From NCBI GenBank assembly GCA_965207375.1, contig OZ242274.1, positions 1,760,001-1,824,000 on the forward strand: a stretch of 64,000 nucleotides of DNA, in the 5' to 3' direction. The notes beneath the pieces were generated by a model that had not been told where the DNA came from, made no database searches, and saw nothing but the letters and a program-made list of their open reading frames with translations. Positions 40,111-51,257 of this stretch are shown here, one piece after another. The translations under genes were made by a program, and so were the position numbers. The number at the start of each line of letters is the position of its first letter. Position 1 is the first letter of the stretch. The DNA comes from Nitrosopumilaceae archaeon. Its GTDB lineage: Archaea > Thermoproteota > Nitrososphaeria > Nitrososphaerales > Nitrosopumilaceae.

Positions 40111-40642
40111 GTTTCAAATCAAACTGATCCAAGCATTTGCCTACACCGTGATTTACAATGTCATCAATGCTTTGTGGCTTTGTATAAAACTCAGTTACGG
40201 GCGGAAGTATTACGACTCCTAGTCTAGACAGTTTCAACATGTTTTCTAGATGAATCGCAGACAGTGGCGTTTCACGGGCCATCAAAACCAGCCTTCTTGA
40301 TTCTTTGATTGTAACGCCTGCTGCACGAGAAACCAAATTCTCATCATAACCGTTTGCAATACTAGACAGCGTTTTCATGCTGCAAGGCATTACCAACATA
40401 CCATCTACTTTGAAGGTGCCGCTAGAAACACCTGCTGCCATGTTTTTATCATCATAATATCTAGTTGCAAGCGACTGGACATAATCAATGTCGTGTGCAG
40501 TCTCCATCAAGATACACTTTTGGGCCCATTTACTGATTATCAGATACGTTTCAACTCCTAGTTTTGCAAGAATCTCCAATGCCCGGATTCCATAAATTAC
40601 ACCTGTACTACCAGTCATGCCAAGAATCAGTTTCATATACAA
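40079..40642 (-). CDS. ubiX: Flavin prenyltransferase
   Basis: GMTGSTG, SSGTF, PCSMKTL, RAAGVTIKE.R, RETPL..IHLENM. Confidence 0.95.
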   Translation of the reverse strand: MYMKLILGMTGSTGVIYGIRALEILAKLGVETYLIISKWAQKCILMETAHDIDYVQSLATRYYDDKNMAAGVSSGTFKVDGMLVMPCSMKTLSSIANGYDENLVSRAAGVTIKESRRLVLMARETPLSAIHLENMLKLSRLGVVILPPVTEFYTKPQSIDDIVNHGVGKCLDQFDLKHDLYKRWGTD

Positions 40643-40665
40643 AGTACGATTGTACCGTATTTTAT

Positions 40666-40821
40666 CTATTGGCAGGATTGGCTTTCATTGTCACTAGTTT
40701 GAGAATCAATGTCCTCAGATGCAGCCTCGCGTCTGCGTTTAATTCTCAAGGTTATACCGCCTACAACCATTGCAGAAAGCAGAATCATTCCCACAAGTAC
40801 CATCTCAAAGCTGTACACCAT
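40666..40821 (-). CDS. 51-aa single-pass membrane peptide
   Basis: Manual translation MVYSFEMVLVGMILLSAMVVGGITLRIKRRREAASEDIDSQTSDNESQSCQ*. Confidence 0.6.
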   Translation of the reverse strand: MVYSFEMVLVGMILLSAMVVGGITLRIKRRREAASEDIDSQTSDNESQSCQ

Positions 40822-40907
40822 AGTATAACACAACACCCTGCTAGAATAAATCTCATGTGCCAGACAAAATTACAAGCTATATTTAGCTCCCTGTACATAA
40901 TGAAATA

Positions 40908-41999
40908 ATGATTAAAAGAAAAGAGATCAAAGATATAGTTAAGAATTATTCAGATTTCAGAGTCGGCGTACTAGGAAGCCACTCTGCACTAGAGGTAATG
41001 GATGGCGCAAAAGATGAGGGTCTACAGACTGTAGTCATGTGCCAAAAGGGCAGGCAAACCCCGTATCAAAGATTTGGGCGAATTGCAGACGAGATTGTAA
41101 TTTTGCCAAAATTCAAAGACATGGCAGCTGCTAAAACCCAAAAGATGCTGCGAGATACAAATACGATTATAGTTGCACATCGCTCACTTACAGCATATTT
41201 AGGATACAAGACAATTGAGGACACATTTAAGGTTCCAATTTTTGGAAACAGGGCACTATTCCAGGCAGAAGAACGCCATCACAAAAAAAACCAGTATTAT
41301 CTTTTGCAAAAGGCGGCAATAAAGTATCCAAAAATATTCAAAAACCCAAAAGACATCAACGGACCTGCAATTGTCAAAGTACAAGAAAAAAACAGAAAAT
41401 TAGAAAGAGCGTTTTTTACAGTATCATCTTATTCAGATTACAAGGAAAAATCCGAAGAGCGAATAAAAAAAGGACTGATTTCAAGAAAAGGTCTAGAGCA
41501 GGCAAGCATAGAGGAGCTAGCAATTGGAACATATCTGAATTTTAATTTCTTTCACACGCCGATTTCAGATTACTGTGATTTTATAGGTATAGAGCGACGC
41601 CTCCAAACAAACACGATGGATTTTAACGCATTACCTGCAAAGCAACAGTTGGAAATGGATATTGACTTGCAAAATATCGAGGTCGGACACACCCCTGCAA
41701 GTATCAGAGAGTCGCTGCTTGAAAAGGTGATTTCAATGGGGGATAAATTCGTAAAGGCCGTAAAAAAAGAGTATGCACCAGGAATTATCGGCCCGTTCTC
41801 CCTGCAAAGTGTAATTACAAAGGATCTTGAAATGATTGTATACGATGTGTCACTCAGGGTGCCAGGCAACCCAATTCTTGCAACGACTAGTCCTTATACA
41901 AAATATCAATACGGTACCACATTTGGAATAGGCAGAAGAATTGCAATGGAGCTCAAGCGTGCACAAGAGCAGGGCAGACTAGACGAAATAGTAACCTAA
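40908..41999 (+). CDS. purP: Archaeal formate-AICAR ligase (PurP family)
   Basis: LGSHSAL, GAKDEG, IFGNR, GHTPASIRESLL, GIIGPFSLQ, GRRIAME. Confidence 0.92.
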   Translation: MIKRKEIKDIVKNYSDFRVGVLGSHSALEVMDGAKDEGLQTVVMCQKGRQTPYQRFGRIADEIVILPKFKDMAAAKTQKMLRDTNTIIVAHRSLTAYLGYKTIEDTFKVPIFGNRALFQAEERHHKKNQYYLLQKAAIKYPKIFKNPKDINGPAIVKVQEKNRKLERAFFTVSSYSDYKEKSEERIKKGLISRKGLEQASIEELAIGTYLNFNFFHTPISDYCDFIGIERRLQTNTMDFNALPAKQQLEMDIDLQNIEVGHTPASIRESLLEKVISMGDKFVKAVKKEYAPGIIGPFSLQSVITKDLEMIVYDVSLRVPGNPILATTSPYTKYQYGTTFGIGRRIAMELKRAQEQGRLDEIVT

Positions 42000-42421
42000 A
42001 TCTCCATGCTTTCTTTGAGAAGATTCCTTCTAATCAGTATCGGAATATTATAGTATACTGCAAGGGCTAGTGCATCAGATGCCCTATAGTTTCGCAAGAC
42101 AAGCTCGTTTTTGCCTGCAAAGTATAGATTTGCCCTAAGAACTTGGCCGCTTTCATAAATTTTTATCTTGACTAGAAACATCTCATTGTGTTCACAAATA
42201 TCCTCAATCATTTTGTAAATGGTCGGAAGCGATTCAGAGTTACCATCAAGAAAGCTTGTGATGTGTTTTGCTACCTCGCCTGAAAATGCACGTATGTGAA
42301 ATTCCTTTTTATCATCAGAACGCAAAATTACCAGTCCCTCAACTGCATACGGGTCGATAAAACCTACATGCTCTACTGCAACGCATTCATAATCTGGCTC
42401 TTGTCCTTGATCAATTTTCAT
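41996..42421 (-). CDS. Bifunctional nuclease (DUF151) family protein
   Basis: PTIY....I, RASDALALAV. Confidence 0.8.
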   Translation of the reverse strand: MKIDQGQEPDYECVAVEHVGFIDPYAVEGLVILRSDDKKEFHIRAFSGEVAKHITSFLDGNSESLPTIYKMIEDICEHNEMFLVKIKIYESGQVLRANLYFAGKNELVLRNYRASDALALAVYYNIPILIRRNLLKESMEI

Positions 42422-42560
42422 GATATATCAGAAAAAGTTTAGTCTATTGTCCTTATAAGGATAAAATTATACATCGATCAGTACACAGGGTAAAACTAAA
42501 CGATCCATCATGCCTAAAGCAAACTAAAATTATTTAAAATGAGGTGCAAGTGATAGCTTT

Positions 42561-44378
42561 ATGTCTAGTCCAGAAAGATCAGTGGAATACGTCCTTTCAA
42601 AGCCCGTATCTAATTACATGGACAAGGAGGTACTACTTCTAGACAAGAGGACATCTACTCGCTCTGCAACAAGAATATTGCAAAATTATGAGCGCGACGA
42701 TATTATTGTAACTGACAAAAAATCCCCGATTGGGATTGTAACTGATGAGGACATTTTGACAAAGGTGGGGGACGCAAGTGTGACAGCAGAGCAGACAAAG
42801 CTAAAAGATATCATGTCAACGCCACTAATTACGGTTGAAGAAAAGACCACCCTACAAGAGGCATTGCACATAATGCGGGATCATAATATAAGAAAACTAC
42901 CCGTACTCTCAAAGAAAAAACAGGTTGTAGGAATGATTCTGCAGGCAAGAATTGCAAGCATAATCAGAAATGCAAGCGTGGTCCCGCCAAGACTTCTGAG
43001 TCCTCCAGTCAAGGCAATACTTGGGAATTTAGGATTTGTGTTACAGTTTGCAGGAGTTTTGTTGCTAGTTCCTGCAATTGTTGCCACAATCATACTAAAT
43101 GATCCGCAGACTGCCACCGGAATATACTCTACAACGGTCCTGTTGTTAGTTACAGGCTTTTTTTTGAACTCGTATGGTGAAAAAGCTAGTCTGAACATGC
43201 GACAGGCCTCAATTCTGGTATTTGCAAGTCTGTTTATTTTGACGCTGTTTGGGACCATACCGTACATGTATACTGCACATATTGCAGGAGAAACTAGTGC
43301 AGAGTCGTTTGCAAGCAGCTTTTTTTCAAGTGCGGCAGGATTTACAACAGGAGGCATCTCGCTGTACGATACACCAGAGGACCTGCCACAAAGCTTTACG
43401 TTTTATCGCAGTTTCACGCAGCTTGTAGGCGGAATGAGTTTTATCTATCTTGTAATGACTGCATTTTATCCAGAAGGAAAGCTACAATCGATGAGGGGCT
43501 TTATTTCAGGCAAGACACTCCACATGAGGGAGCTTTTTGGAACAATTACCGTTATTTTTACTCTGTATATTGCAATTGTGGCAGTGCTGTTGTGGATATT
43601 TGGTGAAGAAGACATTATAGATAATTTGTCGCTTGCAATGAGTACGCTTGCAACGGGTGGATTTTTGCCGCATTCTGAGATTTTACAGGGCCTAGTCTGG
43701 CAGGAGCACCTGATTCTGATGGCTGCAATGATTCTAGGGGCGCTGCCATTTACCTTCCACTATGGGTTTGTAAGGAAAAAGTTTCTCTCACCAAAGCTTG
43801 GGAAGGAGGTGTTAGTGTACTTTGGAGTTTTGGGAGGTGGCATAATGCTGTTTAGTGCACTGACAGAGTTTGAGCCTGTACTGTCTGCGTTTTATCCTGT
43901 ATCAGCTAGCACTACTGCAGGACTACAGCTAAGTAGTCTAAGCGGGTTAAACGGTGCAGCACACACGGTACTGATAATACTGATGATTATTGGAGGATGT
44001 GGATTCTCCACTGCAGGCGGAATCAAGATTTACAGATTCTTTTACTTGAGAAACTTTAGACAGATGCTTTATGCCAAGACAAGAAACAATCTAGTCTCTA
44101 GCAACAAAAAGGAGATAATGTCTACTGTTATCATTTTGGCCTCATTTCCGTTTATTGCGCTAGTTACGGCAGGACATTTATCTGCCACCCACGATGCAAG
44201 CTTTCAGGATTCGTTTTTTGAGGCAGTAGGTGTAATTACTACAGGCGGGTTGTCTGCAGGAATAATCACGCCTGATACGGATCCGGCAACAAAGCTTGCA
44301 CTGAGCTTTCTCATGATTATAGGACGGCTAGAGATAATTGCAATTATTTACATATTTGTGCCCAAGCTTAGCACATAG
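42561..44378 (+). CDS. CBS-domain-fused TrkH-family cation transporter
   Basis: N-terminal CBS pair; pore loops GFTTGG, LATGG, STTAG, ITTGG; GCGFSTAGGIK, IGRLE. Confidence 0.9.
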   Translation: MSSPERSVEYVLSKPVSNYMDKEVLLLDKRTSTRSATRILQNYERDDIIVTDKKSPIGIVTDEDILTKVGDASVTAEQTKLKDIMSTPLITVEEKTTLQEALHIMRDHNIRKLPVLSKKKQVVGMILQARIASIIRNASVVPPRLLSPPVKAILGNLGFVLQFAGVLLLVPAIVATIILNDPQTATGIYSTTVLLLVTGFFLNSYGEKASLNMRQASILVFASLFILTLFGTIPYMYTAHIAGETSAESFASSFFSSAAGFTTGGISLYDTPEDLPQSFTFYRSFTQLVGGMSFIYLVMTAFYPEGKLQSMRGFISGKTLHMRELFGTITVIFTLYIAIVAVLLWIFGEEDIIDNLSLAMSTLATGGFLPHSEILQGLVWQEHLILMAAMILGALPFTFHYGFVRKKFLSPKLGKEVLVYFGVLGGGIMLFSALTEFEPVLSAFYPVSASTTAGLQLSSLSGLNGAAHTVLIILMIIGGCGFSTAGGIKIYRFFYLRNFRQMLYAKTRNNLVSSNKKEIMSTVIILASFPFIALVTAGHLSATHDASFQDSFFEAVGVITTGGLSAGIITPDTDPATKLALSFLMIIGRLEIIAIIYIFVPKLST

Positions 44379-44414
44379 GATACAATTTAATTCAGTGTGA
44401 GGTTTTTCTGATAG

Positions 44415-45230
44415 ATGGCAGGTATAGAATCTAGGGGACGGTCACTAATCATTACAGGATTTGTCAGCATTTTGGCACTTTTTGTGATTTATTCAAGGTT
44501 TCAGGATTCGGAGCTGCTCACACCTGAGGCAATAGATACACTGCTACGGCTTGCAAATATGTTTTATGTTCTGTTGTTGTTAGCATTTGGTGCAATAGCT
44601 TATGGCATGTACATATATCACAGACAAAAGGTCATACAAAACAAGGCAGATCTATCAAGCATAATTGCAATTGCAACATGGAATCGCAAAAGCAAAAAGA
44701 TTTTTATCATTACATGTATCACATATGGAATATTTTTTTCAATGTCATCTGGAACGCTTGTATATCAGCCAGAGGTCTCGTTTTCTTATCATTACGGGGC
44801 ACAGATTCCGTCAGGATTTATTGCGCCATGTTGTGACAATCCAGGATACATGCCTGCAATCTTTGTGTATCTCACAGATCATGTGGGGCTACAGATAATT
44901 CCAATAAATTTGGTACTACAAATTGTCGTATCATATCTGGTGGGATTAAACATGGCACTTGCAGTAACAGTTATTTCAATTTCTAAAAAGGGCAGAAGTC
45001 TAGGTACGGCAGGGGCAGTAACGGGTCTGTTTATTGCATGTCCCACCTGTGCAGGCACATTTTTGTCCCTGTTTATTGGAACCGCTAGCAGCATTGCAGC
45101 AGTTACAGTCATTTCACAGCTACAGACGGTATTTATCGCAATTACAATTCCCATACTTTTAACGACACCGTTTATCATAGCAAAAAAGCTGCGCAATGCA
45201 GACGGCAACTGCAAAATAGGTCCAGGCTAA
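44415..45230 (+). CDS. Polytopic membrane protein with CPTC motif
   Basis: Several hydrophobic segments and ACPTCAG. Confidence 0.75.
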   Translation: MAGIESRGRSLIITGFVSILALFVIYSRFQDSELLTPEAIDTLLRLANMFYVLLLLAFGAIAYGMYIYHRQKVIQNKADLSSIIAIATWNRKSKKIFIITCITYGIFFSMSSGTLVYQPEVSFSYHYGAQIPSGFIAPCCDNPGYMPAIFVYLTDHVGLQIIPINLVLQIVVSYLVGLNMALAVTVISISKKGRSLGTAGAVTGLFIACPTCAGTFLSLFIGTASSIAAVTVISQLQTVFIAITIPILLTTPFIIAKKLRNADGNCKIGPG

Positions 45231-45285
45231 GGCGTGACTGTGAAAATATCATTAAAACAAAGCTGGCCATAACACTTTGACTTTT

Positions 45286-45388
45286 TTGTATCTGTTAACA
45301 TTGTTTTGAAATTATGATAATTTTAGCTACGAAATTACTTTGCCGTCAAAAAATAGAATAAAAATTCAAACGTGACGTTAACACTTAC
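45286..45388 (-). repeat. Degenerate repeat beginning with an IS66 end (copy 2)
   Basis: Reverse complement begins GTAAGTGTTAACGT, identical to the IS66 right TIR. Confidence 0.75.
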
Positions 45389-45711
45389 ACTTTTTTTAAA
45401 GTTGTGTGCGTAAAAAACGCCAAACTCTTGATTTTTACATTTGATTCAGGAATGGCACCTTATAAAATCGATCAGTTGCGATTTGTGGTGTTTTAGAATC
45501 ATTTTTTGTGATTTTGAGGTTAAAACAATCTTTGAGGTCTCTGAAGTGTAGTAAATGATGTAATTTTCATCAAAGAAATATCTACGATTTTGTCAAAATT
45601 CTATAAAAGTGGACAGTGTTGTTCTAATATGAGAGCGATAATTCCCCAAATGGCACATCTGACACGTTTTGCTTAGTTGCAAGTCGACATGTCACAAAAA
45701 ATGTCATACTA

Positions 45712-46020
45712 TCATGGTGTTTTAGAATATACCTTGTAATCAGAAGGCGGTAATTCTTTTAGTAATTTTATTGCCTCAGACACATCTCCATCAGCTTGCA
45801 GATAGCCGTACATTGCCTTATCGATTGTAACATTAGCTGACTTGCTAATAATTTCCAGAGTATCTTGTGATGGGTTTAATGATGGCAGCTTGATGATGTA
45901 GGATTCCTGTCCACCATACCACGATGTCCATTTACCATTACCCTGTTGTTGAAATATCATTATTGCAAATAATGCTAACAATGTAATCGATATCATGGAG
46001 AAAATTATGATTTTTTTCAT
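45712..46020 (-). CDS. Small membrane-anchored protein with UBA-like C-terminus
   Basis: N-terminal hydrophobic helix; ANVTIDKA......DGDVSEAIKLL. Confidence 0.5.
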   Translation of the reverse strand: MKKIIIFSMISITLLALFAIMIFQQQGNGKWTSWYGGQESYIIKLPSLNPSQDTLEIISKSANVTIDKAMYGYLQADGDVSEAIKLLKELPPSDYKVYSKTP

Positions 46021-46735
46021 TGCAAGTCATAAAAAAATAGGAATGTTAGGTAGCTACCCTTAATGTATGGTATATCGTGTTTCCCGCGCCAGATTCTGCA
46101 GAAGAAATACATGGACTCCAATGATACGTCTTGCCGGAATAGAAATTGAAAGTATTTGGATCATAACAACTCCAAAGCCAAGAGTTGCAAATATTTTTTG
46201 TCATCATGAATTAAAATGAATTTTGATTATATCAGTTTATGTTATAACCCTGCCTAGAATTTTTCAAAATTTACAATTTTCAGGTCAGATTCCATCTGGG
46301 AGAAATCAATTTGATGATATAATAGACAAAGTTTGACCTTTCAGATCCAAATAGTAGGATTGCCTACTCATCTCAGATTGCACATAAGAGATGAGCAAAC
46401 AATCCTGATACAATACCAAACAAGGAGGTATAAAATCTTCGGCAACTCCTTGTACATGATTTACAGGAGGTCAAAATATTGACAGAGCAAGTTTTGAGTA
46501 AACCAAAGCAAAAATCCCACCTAAAGATGACCAATGCACAAAATGATGCAAGATATTTAGTTGGACGCTCTATATTTTCCAAAAAAAGCCCATGTTATGA
46601 CGATGAATTCAAAAGCAACAAAAAGAAAAATGATCACACCTACAAATATGAAGACAATAATACCGGCACTTGCAGCAATGATTGAATTTTGTGGATTGTC
46701 ATACTGCGTCTAGTGCCAAGCATTACAACAAACAG

Positions 46736-47038
46736 TCAGGATTTGAATTTTTCTAATTGGGGCAAAATGATTCTATCAAACACCAAATCATCACTTAACC
46801 AGATGCATTTTATTCCATTAGCTTGACAGGCTTTGCCTGGTTCCTTGTCTTTTGTAATGAAAACCATATCGTTTTGTTTAGCATACAGCAAAATGTTAAA
46901 GTCATTGGCAAATTTTTCATTTGTGGTCCGTAATTTTTTAACACTTTGGGCATCATAGCCCAAATTTTGCAGTTTAAGATCTAAACCATCACTTGTTTCA
47001 TCTACTAGAATCTTAATTTCAGCGCCCAATGCAATCAC
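46736..47038 (-). CDS. DUF5615 / Mut7-C PIN-like protein
   Basis: KILVDE...L..LGYDA, ND..IL.YA...DMVFITKD. Confidence 0.75.
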   Translation of the reverse strand: MIALGAEIKILVDETSDGLDLKLQNLGYDAQSVKKLRTTNEKFANDFNILLYAKQNDMVFITKDKEPGKACQANGIKCIWLSDDLVFDRIILPQLEKFKS

Positions 47039-47391
47039 AGCTGCAATGTAAGCTTTTTAACTTTTGTAATTATGGAGAGTTTGTCCTCTACAAGCATTTC
47101 AGGCTCCATTGTAAAGTATACAGTGTACTTTTTTGGATAAATGACAATCTGAGTAAGTTTTTCGCGTTCCACATGGACATATCTTACCTGTCCCAAACTG
47201 TTGTCAAATATTTTTCTCATCTTTCTTCGTTTTGCAACCTGCTTGCAAAAGTGCTCCTCCTCCTTTTGGGATTTCAAAGAATGTTTTTCTGCCTTCATTA
47301 TGGCCTCTGCAACATTTCCTTTAGAGTCTATAATTGCTGCAAATCTCATTTGTGAGTCTAATCCTATTATGTCTTCAACAATTTTTATCAT
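47035..47391 (-). CDS. Thaumarchaeal roadblock/profilin-like protein
   Basis: MRFAAIIDSKG...FDNSLG.VRY.HVEREK; paralogous to the ORFs at 56770 and 57449. Confidence 0.75.
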   Translation of the reverse strand: MIKIVEDIIGLDSQMRFAAIIDSKGNVAEAIMKAEKHSLKSQKEEEHFCKQVAKRRKMRKIFDNSLGQVRYVHVEREKLTQIVIYPKKYTVYFTMEPEMLVEDKLSIITKVKKLTLQL

Positions 47392-47492
47392 GTTAATTTC
47401 AGAATTACTCAATCTAATGAAAATAGGTAAAAGGTAAATATAATTGAAGGACATGTGCTGTGCATGTATAATTGTGATGTAGAATCTAGGTT

Positions 47493-48107
47493 TTGAGGAC
47501 ATTGAATGTGCAAATCAACAAAGTTTTAGAAAGGCTGGAAAAACAGTCAGAGCTGGAAAAATCCCGAAAGGTTGACGTAGAACCAAAAGACAGGATGTTG
47601 GCTATAACAAAGGATACTGGGCAGTTTTATAATATCTGGCTTGGTGCCTCACAGGCAAAACATGTTTTAGAGATAGGAACATCTACAGGATATTCGACGT
47701 TGTGGTTTGCAGATGCTATACTAGAGAATATGGGAGAAATTATCACCATAGAAAAAAACCCCTCAAAGATCAAAAGAGCAAAACAAAATTTTGAAGATGC
47801 AAAAGTTTCAGAGATAATCACGACAATACATGGAACTGCCACAGAGGTTTTAAAGGAACTAAATCAGACAGGTGCAAAATTTGACTTTGTATTCATAGAC
47901 GCAGATAAAGAAAACTGTAAAAAATATTTTGATCTGGCATTTCCAATGTTAAATGACAGGGGAGCAATTTGCACAGATAACATGAACTATCCAGAAAAAT
48001 ATCAAGATATGATGAGAGAATTTAGCAGTCACATCAAAAAATATCCAAATGCCAAAACCGTGACGTTAAATATCGGAAACGGTCAAGAGTTGACCCTAAA
48101 AACTTGA
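47493..48107 (+). CDS. SAM-dependent O-methyltransferase (CCoAOMT-like)
   Basis: VLEIGTSTGYS, FDFVFIDADK, TDN. Confidence 0.9.
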   Translation: MRTLNVQINKVLERLEKQSELEKSRKVDVEPKDRMLAITKDTGQFYNIWLGASQAKHVLEIGTSTGYSTLWFADAILENMGEIITIEKNPSKIKRAKQNFEDAKVSEIITTIHGTATEVLKELNQTGAKFDFVFIDADKENCKKYFDLAFPMLNDRGAICTDNMNYPEKYQDMMREFSSHIKKYPNAKTVTLNIGNGQELTLKT

Positions 48108-48311
48108 TTTGTTTTTAGGGGTCTTTGTAGCATCTAGTTTTTTTAGCATTGCACAAGTTCTTGCAGAAAAAGACCATATGCACAATTTACCAGTCTCATA
48201 AAATCACATAATTTAAGGCAGGTCATAAAATTGCCAAAGCAAAACCTACAAAACCATGACAGAGACTTTGTAAATCTACATCTCACAGATTGCAAAAAAA
48301 ATCATATCATA

Positions 48312-48503
48312 TCACTCTGCAATAAAAAAATCACATCCAGAGGTACACGGCTTGTTCATGACTCCAGTACAGGCACCATACTCATCGTGCATGATCCTGT
48401 GATGTCCGCATTCTTTGCACTTTGTCTTAAAGTATACAATCAAATCAGAGATTGAAACATCAAGTGATTTTACCTTGGAATCTAACTGCTCAAAGGAATC
48501 CAT
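48312..48503 (-). CDS. Small Cys/His-rich putative zinc-binding protein
   Basis: CKECGHH...H...C......C...C. Confidence 0.65.
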   Translation of the reverse strand: MDSFEQLDSKVKSLDVSISDLIVYFKTKCKECGHHRIMHDEYGACTGVMNKPCTSGCDFFIAE

Positions 48504-48529
48504 AAAAATATCGACACGATATACGTTAT

Positions 48530-50722
48530 TTACTCTTTGTCGATAAACTCGCCTGCATTTGGCGGATTAGGTGCTAGTCCCTTTCGTTTTCTAATATCTG
48601 CCACGGCTGACTCTAGCATTGACTTTGGAACCTCGGTCCATTCCTTAAATGAGGTATTCCAGGTGGCACGACCAGCAGTCTGGCCCCTCATCTCTTCGGA
48701 CAAGGTAAAGGTCTCAGATGCAGGAATCTCCCCCGTAACGATGCTTGATGCGCCCTTTTGTGACATGTCAAGTACCTTGCCCCGCTTTCCAGAAAGAACC
48801 GTTGCAACATTTCCCACCAAATCAGTTGGAACCCTGACCTCAATTGCTAATGTCGGCTCTAGAACCGCAGTTCCTGCAGTAAGCAATGCACCCATACAGG
48901 CACGACGGGAGGCGGGACCTAGTTGTGAAAGACCCCGGTGTGCAGTATCCTCATGTGGAACAAAGTGGGTAAAGATGAATTTGCAGTCTCGCATCTGTTC
49001 CTTGCACAATGGACCCTCCTTCATCACATCATCAAAGCCGGAATTAATAGAATCTGTAGACTCTTGAACAAACTGTACACCCTTTGTGCCGTTAATCAAG
49101 ACATTTCCGCGTGAATCAAATCTCATAGCCCTCTTTATAGTATCAGTATCCCATCCAGCATTTTTGAGCATATCAGATACGACCTTTTTGTCCTTCATGT
49201 CACTGATTTCACCGGTTCTAAGCATGTGGGCAATTTCAGGCTCCAAGGGTTCTACCTTCATGAATATCTTGTTGTGCCTGTTTGGCGACTTTGACATTAT
49301 CGGCTCACACGATGCCTTTACGGTTTCTCTATAATTTATCAAGGGCTCAGATGTTACAATTTCGACCTTGGCATCTTGAATGCGGTGGGTTGCAACATCT
49401 AGGTGCAGCACTCCCATGCCTGCAACTATAGTCTCACCTGATTCTTCATCGATTTTTACTATTAAATTAGGATCCTCAATGGTTAGCTGCTTTAAGACCT
49501 CAACTAGTTTGGGCAAATCCTTTGGATGTTTTGGCTCTACTGCAATTTGAACAACAGGCTCTGAGACATACTTTACACCCTCAAACATCGGAATGCCCTT
49601 TACAGTAGACAGTGTGTTTCCAGCCCTAGCTTCGGTCAATCCTAGCAGTGCGGGAATGTTTCCTGCTCCTAGTTCTCCTACCTGCTCCCTCTGATTTCCC
49701 ATGAAAAAGTTTACAGACTGGATTCTTCCCTCCCGCTTGGCATCGATAATGTTGATGGTTTGCCCATCTTTTATGGAGCCAGAAAACAGTCTTCCTATTG
49801 CAACGGGACCTGCAGCCTTGTCTAGTACCATGTTTACAATCATCATTATTGTAGGTCCCTCATCGCTACATGCAAGTAGAGCTTTTCCAATGTCTGAATC
49901 TAAATCACCCTTCCAAATTTGCGGAATTCTGTACTTTACTGCCTCGTGCGGTGCAGGATGATGTTTTACTACCATACCAAGTACGGCATCAGCCAAGGGT
50001 GCCTTTTCTACCAAATCAGCAACGGTTTCGTTCTGATAGGCATCAATTACATCCTTGAAGGTGATTCCTCGCTCCTTCATCAAATCGAGGTTGATTGCCC
50101 ATCTGTCCTTAGCAGAGCCAAATGTTACGCTTGCATCCTGAATGGATACCTTCCATTTTTCCCGGTATTCAGATTCTGCATAAGTGTCAATTAATTGATT
50201 AAAGTTAGAAACCACATCTGCTAGCTGCTGCTGCATTTTTTCAGGAGTCAGTCTAAGTTCCTTTATCAGTCTGTCTACCTTGTTGATAAACAGTACAGGT
50301 TTTACCCTCTCCTCTAGTGCCATTCTAGTTACAGTTTCGGTTTGCGTCATGATTCCCTCAACTGCATCGCAGACAACTACTGCACCATCAATTGCCCGAA
50401 GGCTTCGAATTACCCGTCCGCTAAAGTCTACGTGTCCCGGAGTGTCAATCATGTTGATGACGTATTCCTTGTCAGCCTTTGTAAAGTGTAAAGTAACATT
50501 TGCCTGATAAATTGTAATTCCTCTTTCCTGCTCCTCCTTGTCAAAGTCCATTGCTAGTGCGCTACCTGCAGCAGAGGGGGCAATGATACCAGAATATGCT
50601 AAAAGACTGTCACTCATAGTAGTCTTTCCATGGTCAACGTGCGCAATAACGCCAAAGTTGCGGATTTGTTCCTTGTTCTTTATAATCTTTAAAACCTCAG
50701 TGGTTGACTTGTACTTTACCAT
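48530..50722 (-). CDS. fusA: Archaeal translation elongation factor EF-2
   Basis: AHVDHGKTT, RGITI, DTPGHVDF, NKVD; diphthamide loop HEDTAHRG. Confidence 0.98.
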   Translation of the reverse strand: MVKYKSTTEVLKIIKNKEQIRNFGVIAHVDHGKTTMSDSLLAYSGIIAPSAAGSALAMDFDKEEQERGITIYQANVTLHFTKADKEYVINMIDTPGHVDFSGRVIRSLRAIDGAVVVCDAVEGIMTQTETVTRMALEERVKPVLFINKVDRLIKELRLTPEKMQQQLADVVSNFNQLIDTYAESEYREKWKVSIQDASVTFGSAKDRWAINLDLMKERGITFKDVIDAYQNETVADLVEKAPLADAVLGMVVKHHPAPHEAVKYRIPQIWKGDLDSDIGKALLACSDEGPTIMMIVNMVLDKAAGPVAIGRLFSGSIKDGQTINIIDAKREGRIQSVNFFMGNQREQVGELGAGNIPALLGLTEARAGNTLSTVKGIPMFEGVKYVSEPVVQIAVEPKHPKDLPKLVEVLKQLTIEDPNLIVKIDEESGETIVAGMGVLHLDVATHRIQDAKVEIVTSEPLINYRETVKASCEPIMSKSPNRHNKIFMKVEPLEPEIAHMLRTGEISDMKDKKVVSDMLKNAGWDTDTIKRAMRFDSRGNVLINGTKGVQFVQESTDSINSGFDDVMKEGPLCKEQMRDCKFIFTHFVPHEDTAHRGLSQLGPASRRACMGALLTAGTAVLEPTLAIEVRVPTDLVGNVATVLSGKRGKVLDMSQKGASSIVTGEIPASETFTLSEEMRGQTAGRATWNTSFKEWTEVPKSMLESAVADIRKRKGLAPNPPNAGEFIDKE

Positions 50723-51018
50723 ATTCGCAAGCCTAAGCGTTCATCTATTAAACCTTATGAAAAAAAAGGATCAAAAACACTAGACTTTACAGTCTTGTAC
50801 TGTACCCGATTAAAAAGACATCAATAGATCATCTCTGAGCTTGCACCCCTGATTTTTGTAGTAGTTACAAAATAACAGTCCTCAAGTTTCCTAAATTTTG
50901 CCTGATGTAAAGTTAGAAATTGAGAAAAAAATACAAGGTAAAGAAGTTGAGAGATTTTATCAGAGTATAGATTTGGCGGGATTACGTTTAGACCTAATTT
51001 TTTGAGGGTTTGTATCAG

Positions 51019-51215
51019 AGAGTTGATTCGTAATTAGTCAAATTTTCCAAAATTTACGCCCAATAATATCAAAAAGAGCCAAACATCATCAGAATTTTAC
51101 TACAACTCAGGATATCCTATGAAAAACGGGTAAAAAACAGGATCAGAGAGCATGACTGATGCGAGGTATTCGGATAGCAGCAGACGCGCATGAAAAATTA
51201 TTACGGATTACCTCT
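51019..51215 (+). mobile_element. 197-bp MITE derived from the IS5 element at 5281-6362
   Basis: Both TIRs (AGAGTTGATTCGTAATTA ... TATTACGGATTACCTCT), the first transposase codons (TCCTATGAAAAA) and right-end sequence (GCAGCAGAC.CGCAT) are retained. Confidence 0.88.
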
Positions 51216-51257
51216 AAATATTATTTATTTGTGAGACATTAAATGATTAGGTTTTCT

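Noticed and set aside
40564-40908. 114-aa + strand ORF or structured RNA between ubiX and purP
   Set aside because: Better explained by the 51-aa minus-strand membrane peptide; no tRNA, SRP or RNase P features seen.
46024-46690. Short ORFs near 46050-46210 and 46479-46685
   Set aside because: No recognisable motifs; probably decayed fragments that cannot be assigned.
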